Shown: piece after piece, positions 58,982 through 64,000 of the stretch
How the letters are laid out: each line of letters opens with the position of its first letter
Numbering within the stretch: position 1 is the stretch's first letter
NCBI RefSeq assembly: GCF_042134685.1
Contig: NZ_CP169647.1
Span: 1,550,585 to 1,614,584, forward strand
DNA: 64,000 nt
Origin: Microcystis sp. BLCC-F210
GTDB lineage: Bacteria; Cyanobacteriota; Cyanobacteriia; Cyanobacteriales; Microcystaceae
Reading direction: 5' to 3'
Translations under genes and position numbers: made by a program
The notes under the pieces: model-generated
Database searches by the model: none
Told to the model about the DNA's origin: nothing
What the model saw: the letters and a program-made list of their open reading frames with translations, nothing else

Positions 58982-59332
58982 TTATGCGTCTATCCAGATG
59001 CTGCCGTCTTCGATGCGAAGGGGATAAACGGGTAAAGCTTGGGGTTGAGAAACTGCCGCCATCGCTTTGTTAACCACAGGGGGCCAGGTAATCCAGTCTT
59101 TGACAGCACCACTACAGAGATCAAACGAACTACGATGCCAGGGACAAACGATCGCGCCGTCCTCGGTAATTTTGCCCTTCGTCATCGATAATTTTAAATG
59201 AGGACAACGGTTGCCGACGGCGTGGAATTGACCGTTATTATTAATCAAGAGAATGGAATTTTCCCCCACTTTTACCACTTGACGGGCGCCGGGGGCAAGG
59301 GAATCTACAGATAATACTTTTGTCCAACTCAT
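58982..59332 (-). CDS. Rieske [2Fe-2S] domain protein
   Basis: CPH (NRCPHLKLSM) and CPWH (IVCPWHRSSF) boxes. Confidence 0.75.
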   Translation of the reverse strand: MSWTKVLSVDSLAPGARQVVKVGENSILLINNNGQFHAVGNRCPHLKLSMTKGKITEDGAIVCPWHRSSFDLCSGAVKDWITWPPVVNKAMAAVSQPQALPVYPLRIEDGSIWIDA

Positions 59333-59340
59333 ATTTTTAT

Positions 59341-59922
59341 TTAACCAAGGGAGAGATCGAGAATGGTTTCGGGGTAATTTTGGGCAATAATGTCCTGTTT
59401 AGCCCATTGTTGGTAATCTTGCAGCAATTGACTCATTAAACGCTGTTTAATCCGCAATAAAACCCCTTTTAAGAGACTATTACCGGCGATTTCTAACAGC
59501 GGACGCGGGGTTAACCATAATGGTGGTGGTAGGGCAACTTTCACCTCAAGATTGGCTTTTCCCGCTAGATAGGTTTGATTATTTTTTTCCACAGGAGCGA
59601 GTTTGCCTTTAACATTGAGGCTAAAGCGATCGTTGATATAATCAATACCTTTGATCTGACAGTCTTCTGATTGCAAAAATATCGTCCCCCCAGAGGTAGC
59701 CCAGACATTGAGGATAACCGTGGGCTGAAAATAGTACAAATCCAAAAAGTTTAGGGGACGCATTTTCAGTCGAAACCTATGCTCAGACAAGTGTTCCGTT
59801 AAGCTATTCTCAACGATAGCCTGTACTAATCTTTGCGGTTGACGCAGATAATGCTGAATCGGGATGGTTTGTTCAGCAACAACAATTTCTAGGGATTCGG
59901 CAGCGGTAAAAGTTACTTCCAT
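59341..59922 (-). CDS. Conserved hypothetical protein (DUF1997-like)
   Basis: 193 aa. It sits in an apparent operon with the Rieske gene, 9-bp spacing. Confidence 0.3.
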   Translation of the reverse strand: MEVTFTAAESLEIVVAEQTIPIQHYLRQPQRLVQAIVENSLTEHLSEHRFRLKMRPLNFLDLYYFQPTVILNVWATSGGTIFLQSEDCQIKGIDYINDRFSLNVKGKLAPVEKNNQTYLAGKANLEVKVALPPPLWLTPRPLLEIAGNSLLKGVLLRIKQRLMSQLLQDYQQWAKQDIIAQNYPETILDLSLG

Positions 59923-60109
59923 ACGTTGGTTATCTTAAATTTGTCTCCCTTCTTAATTTTACTTTACAAAACTTATGCTTTTCGACGATCCAGATGTAGA
60001 AATTTTACCGCTAAGAGGGGACACAAACCAGATTTTTGCCCAAAGTTGGGCTTTTTTCAGTGATCAGTGATCAGTGAGGGGTTTTAAGTCAAGAGTGGGG
60101 GGGAGCGGG

Positions 60110-60231
60110 CAGCAATTCTCATCTTAAGGTTTCATGACATTAAAACCCTTGCACCTAGAGGGGTTAATAATTCTTAACGAATCTCTAGATCGCTGAAACA
60201 ACGCAAAATCCTTTCAAAATGAGAATTGCTG
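60110..60231 (-). mobile_element. MITE family C, copy E (inverted)
   Basis: See 28975..29096. It is preceded by (cagtgat)x3. Confidence 0.7.
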
Positions 60232-60684
60232 CCCCAACTAGGCCTACAAGAGCGGCATCGCACTTTAACCCCACATTCCGCACCCTAGTCGTTGAAATCA
60301 AAAGTTGCTCTAGCCCTTGTATAGTAAGACTTTTAGCGATTACTAAGAATTATGAAGTGTCACACTCTAGTCAGCGATCGCCAGCTTAATGAGAGTTTAT
60401 CTCAATAATTTGGTATCAGAGCTATCAGATTTTTAGGGCTAATTGTGCATCTGCTAGACAAACAAATTAGCCTGTAATTCAGAGCCAGCAATCGTTTTGA
60501 CGATTTGGATAAAATTTTCAATGTGACACTTTAGGGTGCGGAATGTGGGTTAAACCCACAGCTTCAGTCCATGGGCATGGTGCGTTCCCCAAAATCGATC
60601 GCTGGAGCGGTAGGACTTGCATTAGGGAACGCACCCTACAAGATCGGCGATTGCGCTGAATACGGTCGGTGTGCAACAGTATTG

Positions 60685-61857
60685 TTAGCCTTTCGGTCGA
60701 ACTATAAATTGCAGCAATCTATAAAGCCATCCAACCACATCAGGAAGAATTTGCTCCCAAAGTTTCTTAAAAACTTCAGCAATCAATTGCCGAGTTTTTT
60801 TAAAGGAAAGTATGAGAACTACAATTGATATTGAAATTCCTAGTAAGAAGCTAGTAATCGGACTTGAAAACAATTTATGAATGAAGTTAACAACTTGATT
60901 AAAGCTAAAATCACCTCCGATTCCCTCAGATTCTGGTTTAGAGTAATTTTGCTTTAAGAATTTAATGTTGTCCAATACGTTAGAGGACTTGAGCGTTTTA
61001 TCATTGATAAGATGTATTAGCTTACTCTGTCCAGCTTTGACTATAAGACCGTAACTTTGATCCTTCAGGTACTTGGGATATACATCGTAATTATTTTTAA
61101 GAACACTATCTGTCTCCAAAATACCTTTTAATATAATGTAGTCGCTACCATAAGCTCCTAATAAATCGCTCTTTAATGCAGCAATCGCTTCAGGCCGAGA
61201 CTGATAAGATTCCAAACTTTCATATCTTTTGTCTTTAACAAGCCAATCATAAGTAGTGGTTCCTGAGACTACTCCAACCTTCAAATTTCCCAACTCTGCC
61301 TCATTTTGAGAAACTTTTTCAAGGTTATCCTTTTTTGCTAATAAGCTTATACCTGTACTAAAAAACGGATCTGAAAATTCAACTTCCGTATTATATTGAA
61401 TTGAATTCGCACCACACTCAACATCTATCAAACCTTTTATGACACCATCAAATCTCTTACCTTGAGATAAATTGACAACTTGAGTCTTAGTAAGAGAAAT
61501 GGCATTGACTTTGCTATCTATTTCTAGAGGAGAAAGGTTTTGATTTTTCCGAAATTCTGATTTTAGATGGTCTTTCAGGTCTGCAAAAATTTGATCGGCA
61601 AAAGTATTACAGAATCCATTGTAGGTTTTTGAAGTGGGAAGAACTGAATTTGGGTCTATAAAGCTGATTGGATATGATTGTACTCTGAATCCAATCCTTA
61701 GCTCATTTTTTCTTCCGTCAATAAAATCTTTGATTATATCAGCACTTGGATTTGTTTGTGCCAGTAAAGTATTGTCAATAACCGAGTTAGCAATGATACA
61801 AAACAAAACCGTTAAAATTAAAACTCTTGAGAATTTAAAATACATGGCTTTAAGCAT
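60685..61857 (-). CDS. Family-3 solute-binding (SBP_bac_3-like) domain protein with N-terminal signal/TM and C-terminal TM segment
   Basis: 390 aa. The region 60.3-62.1 kb is visibly AT-richer than its surroundings. Confidence 0.4.
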   Translation of the reverse strand: MLKAMYFKFSRVLILTVLFCIIANSVIDNTLLAQTNPSADIIKDFIDGRKNELRIGFRVQSYPISFIDPNSVLPTSKTYNGFCNTFADQIFADLKDHLKSEFRKNQNLSPLEIDSKVNAISLTKTQVVNLSQGKRFDGVIKGLIDVECGANSIQYNTEVEFSDPFFSTGISLLAKKDNLEKVSQNEAELGNLKVGVVSGTTTYDWLVKDKRYESLESYQSRPEAIAALKSDLLGAYGSDYIILKGILETDSVLKNNYDVYPKYLKDQSYGLIVKAGQSKLIHLINDKTLKSSNVLDNIKFLKQNYSKPESEGIGGDFSFNQVVNFIHKLFSSPITSFLLGISISIVVLILSFKKTRQLIAEVFKKLWEQILPDVVGWLYRLLQFIVRPKG

Positions 61858-62105
61858 GAGTCAATAGTTAGTGTATCGGTAAAAATGACTTTCTAGAGTA
61901 TCTCGCTCAGATGAATAGTCCTTAGTGCGTTACCCTGCTAAAACTTGAAGGCTAACTACATATTATAGGTCAACTTTCTGTATAAAACTCTGCAGCGTAA
62001 CGATATGGCTCTTCTGGTTTCTGTGTGGAAACGGGGTCTATACTGATAGTTTGTTCAGCAAAATAGTCCTAAAAGTCTTTCCAGGTAAATATTTCACGAT
62101 TCTAA

Positions 62106-62210
62106 GTACCTAAGCAAAATTAATTACACATATCTAACCCCCTCTTGCCTTTTGCCTCTTGCCTTTTGCCTATCTTTACTAGGAAATTAATTTTGCACGA
62201 CTACTTATAA
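62106..62210. repeat. Dispersed repeat family K, inverted copy
   Basis: Reverse complement matches 15175..15288 at about 93% identity. Confidence 0.5.
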
Positions 62211-62621
62211 GCAAAAATTATCACACAAAGTCGAGAAGAGCCACGATATGGGTCAACTTTCGGTATAACAATCCATTTAGGCGCAATCGCCGGAACTTTT
62301 CCCTATATCACCCCCAAAAGCCTGTTAGCCAGATTAGCATATTGCCAAAAACCTTGTTTAACTAAATTCCTGACAATTTAGGCTCATTCTAGCGATAATT
62401 CCTCTGTCTGACCACACCCCTTGACAAAAATTTATAATTATTCGACCTTTAGCGATCGCTATCAGGGGATAGTTGTTTTTTGTTACAGCAGTGGGGAGAA
62501 GGGAGCGGGTTTTTCAAGTGGGATTGGCAGTTAATCATACTATTAAAAACCGATTCAGTATAATGAACCCGTTATGCCGTGTCCCTACAGATAGAATTCA
62601 ACGGCTCTAGCATTCGGCGCG

Positions 62622-63017
62622 TCACGGAATAAAAATGCGTCTTGCGCCTTGATAATCTTCAATATCAACTACAATATCAACCAAACGGTTAACGCAACGA
62701 TCGCGATAATCTGGCTCGGCAAGTAGTCGCTCAATATTACCGATTGTCACGACGGGTAATGATGTGGGGGTATTTTCCTCCCGCATCACTTGCTCCAGGG
62801 AATCTTTGCCTTTCATGCTTCGGTTAGCGGTGATCAGGATCATCTGATTGGCTTGGGCATACCGCCAAACAACGCGATCATCGCTCGTGACAGCTAACCC
62901 AACTTCTTCAAACAGAATAAAGCGAATCGAGATCAAGTCAAGCCAACCACTCGCAGCAAGGCTCCCGGCGAGGACAACAGAATGTCCTCGTAAGTTATGA
63001 TCAACTAGAAAATTCAT
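62622..63017 (-). CDS. DUF5615-type (PIN-like) putative toxin
   Basis: 131 aa. It partners with the upstream DUF433 gene with a 4-bp overlap. Confidence 0.45.
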   Translation of the reverse strand: MNFLVDHNLRGHSVVLAGSLAASGWLDLISIRFILFEEVGLAVTSDDRVVWRYAQANQMILITANRSMKGKDSLEQVMREENTPTSLPVVTIGNIERLLAEPDYRDRCVNRLVDIVVDIEDYQGARRIFIP

Positions 63018-63394
63018 GCCCGTGATGCAAACTTGGCTTTTTCCGCTTGAAGTTTTGCTCGAATGGCTTCTGTGCCTGGTTTTGGCGGCTTAGCAGCAAT
63101 ACGGGCAACTCGCTCACGATTTTGTTCTTCGTAATACTGTCGCAATTCTTCGGCTTCCTTCAGGACAAGCTGATACTCTGCCTCAACTTCCGCACGGTAT
63201 GTCTCAATATAAGATAGCGCAGCATTTACCTGCTCATTAGTAAGATCAAGCATGGCACGGATAAACTTTGGTGGATAGTGTTCCGTTACGTAATCCATCA
63301 CATCGTAGAGGGTGATGCGAGTACCTGCGATCGTTAATCCTCGCTCTGTACGAATGATATCAGTTTTTCCATTAGATGCTGGAGCCATAGCCAA
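63014..63394 (-). CDS. DUF433-domain putative antitoxin with C-terminal coiled coil
   Basis: GLTIAGTRITLYDVMDYV..HYPPKFIRAML is the DUF433 core. Confidence 0.45.
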   Translation of the reverse strand: MAMAPASNGKTDIIRTERGLTIAGTRITLYDVMDYVTEHYPPKFIRAMLDLTNEQVNAALSYIETYRAEVEAEYQLVLKEAEELRQYYEEQNRERVARIAAKPPKPGTEAIRAKLQAEKAKFASRA

Positions 63395-63587
63395 AGCCTC
63401 CTAATATCTGCGTTCACTGACTTGTATTCTATCAAAAATATAAGGGTGAGCTACGCCCACCCTTACACTGGTCGCTCAAACACCCGAATTAACAGGTTTG
63501 GTCAGAATGACTCAGATTTATCGAGAATCGTTGAATATCGGCAAATACGCCTACAAAAACGCATAAACGCTATCCCTAATTATACAC

Positions 63588-63938
63588 TTATTCAAGTGCT
63601 CGTCCAAGTGTCATAAGCTCTTCTGCATCTGAAGGCTTTTGAACTGGTGATATGTCTATCACAATAATATGAGGAGAATTATCATCTGCTGGCGGCAATG
63701 CCCTCACTTGGGCTTGGATTTTTCGAGATGCGATTACCCGTCGGATACTTTCAGCTATTTTTAATGCTTTTTCGTCAATCAGTCTCTGGAAGAACTCTTT
63801 TAGCCGCCTGTGAAGCTCGCTATTTTTATAGCCATCACTGAAGGATTCCCCAATTGTCTTGTCCAATACGAAATAGCCAACCGCTGCGATCAGCCCAAAG
63901 AGTTCAAGAGAACCTGGACGAGCCGATTCTAACAACAA
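63588..63938 (-). CDS. Hypothetical protein (may extend beyond the window end)
   Basis: ORF only. Confidence 0.2.
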   Translation of the reverse strand: MLLESARPGSLELFGLIAAVGYFVLDKTIGESFSDGYKNSELHRRLKEFFQRLIDEKALKIAESIRRVIASRKIQAQVRALPPADDNSPHIIVIDISPVQKPSDAEELMTLGRALE

Positions 63939-64000
63939 TCGTTTATGTCGATAATGTCTGAGCCTCTCAAGACAGGCATCTCTTTCAACTGACCTAATTT

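Noticed and set aside
28975-60231. Possible CRISPR array, suggested by recurring identical ~120-bp blocks
   Set aside because: The repeats are 122 bp with their own inverted termini. They are irregularly spaced and in both orientations. No cas genes are present. They are MITEs, not CRISPR repeats.

Overview
This 64 kb window is chromosomal cyanobacterial DNA, very probably Microcystis-like. The evidence is psbA (D1), psbZ, cpcT, ycf66, cynS, glgC and a SomA-type porin, together with many GCGATCGC (HIP1) octamers and heptamer or octamer micro-repeats such as cagttat, cagtgat and ccccactt. Housekeeping genes (pheS, ribH, dusA, pyruvate kinase, a CCA-adding enzyme, an SSS transporter, tRNA-Gly-GCC) are interleaved with three accessory islands.

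Island 1, about 4.7-20.4 kb, is a mobile-element and defence junkyard. It holds an NB-ARC STAND NTPase with small membrane-protein neighbours, and a decayed paralog of that NTPase. It also holds two tandem RelE/YafQ-type TA modules. One toxin gene is split by an IS630 element, which is itself split by a CA-ended IS (nonsense-mutated transposase) and a MITE. Finally there are three copies of that CA-ended IS, one of them truncated by an ISAs1-family element.

Island 2, about 32.8-37.0 kb, holds paralogous Uma2-family endonuclease genes with a coding 21-bp VNTR, a vapBC cassette, and a PEP-CTERM protein plus a PEP-CTERM remnant.

Island 3, about 37.1-43.0 kb, is the most interesting. A convergent SagB-type dehydrogenase faces a tightly packed minus-strand operon. 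The operon encodes a heme-oxygenase-like di-iron domain fused to a 3-His cupin (SznF-like architecture), a SAM methyltransferase and a TauD-like Fe/2OG dioxygenase. It looks like a cryptic small-molecule (possible N-N / N-oxygenation) pathway. Its lead gene is interrupted by a MITE, and further MITEs sit in and near its promoter region.

At least four MITE or dispersed-repeat families were delimited by hand, with TIRs and TSDs. All calls come from reading the sequence and ORF translations; nothing was searched against a database.
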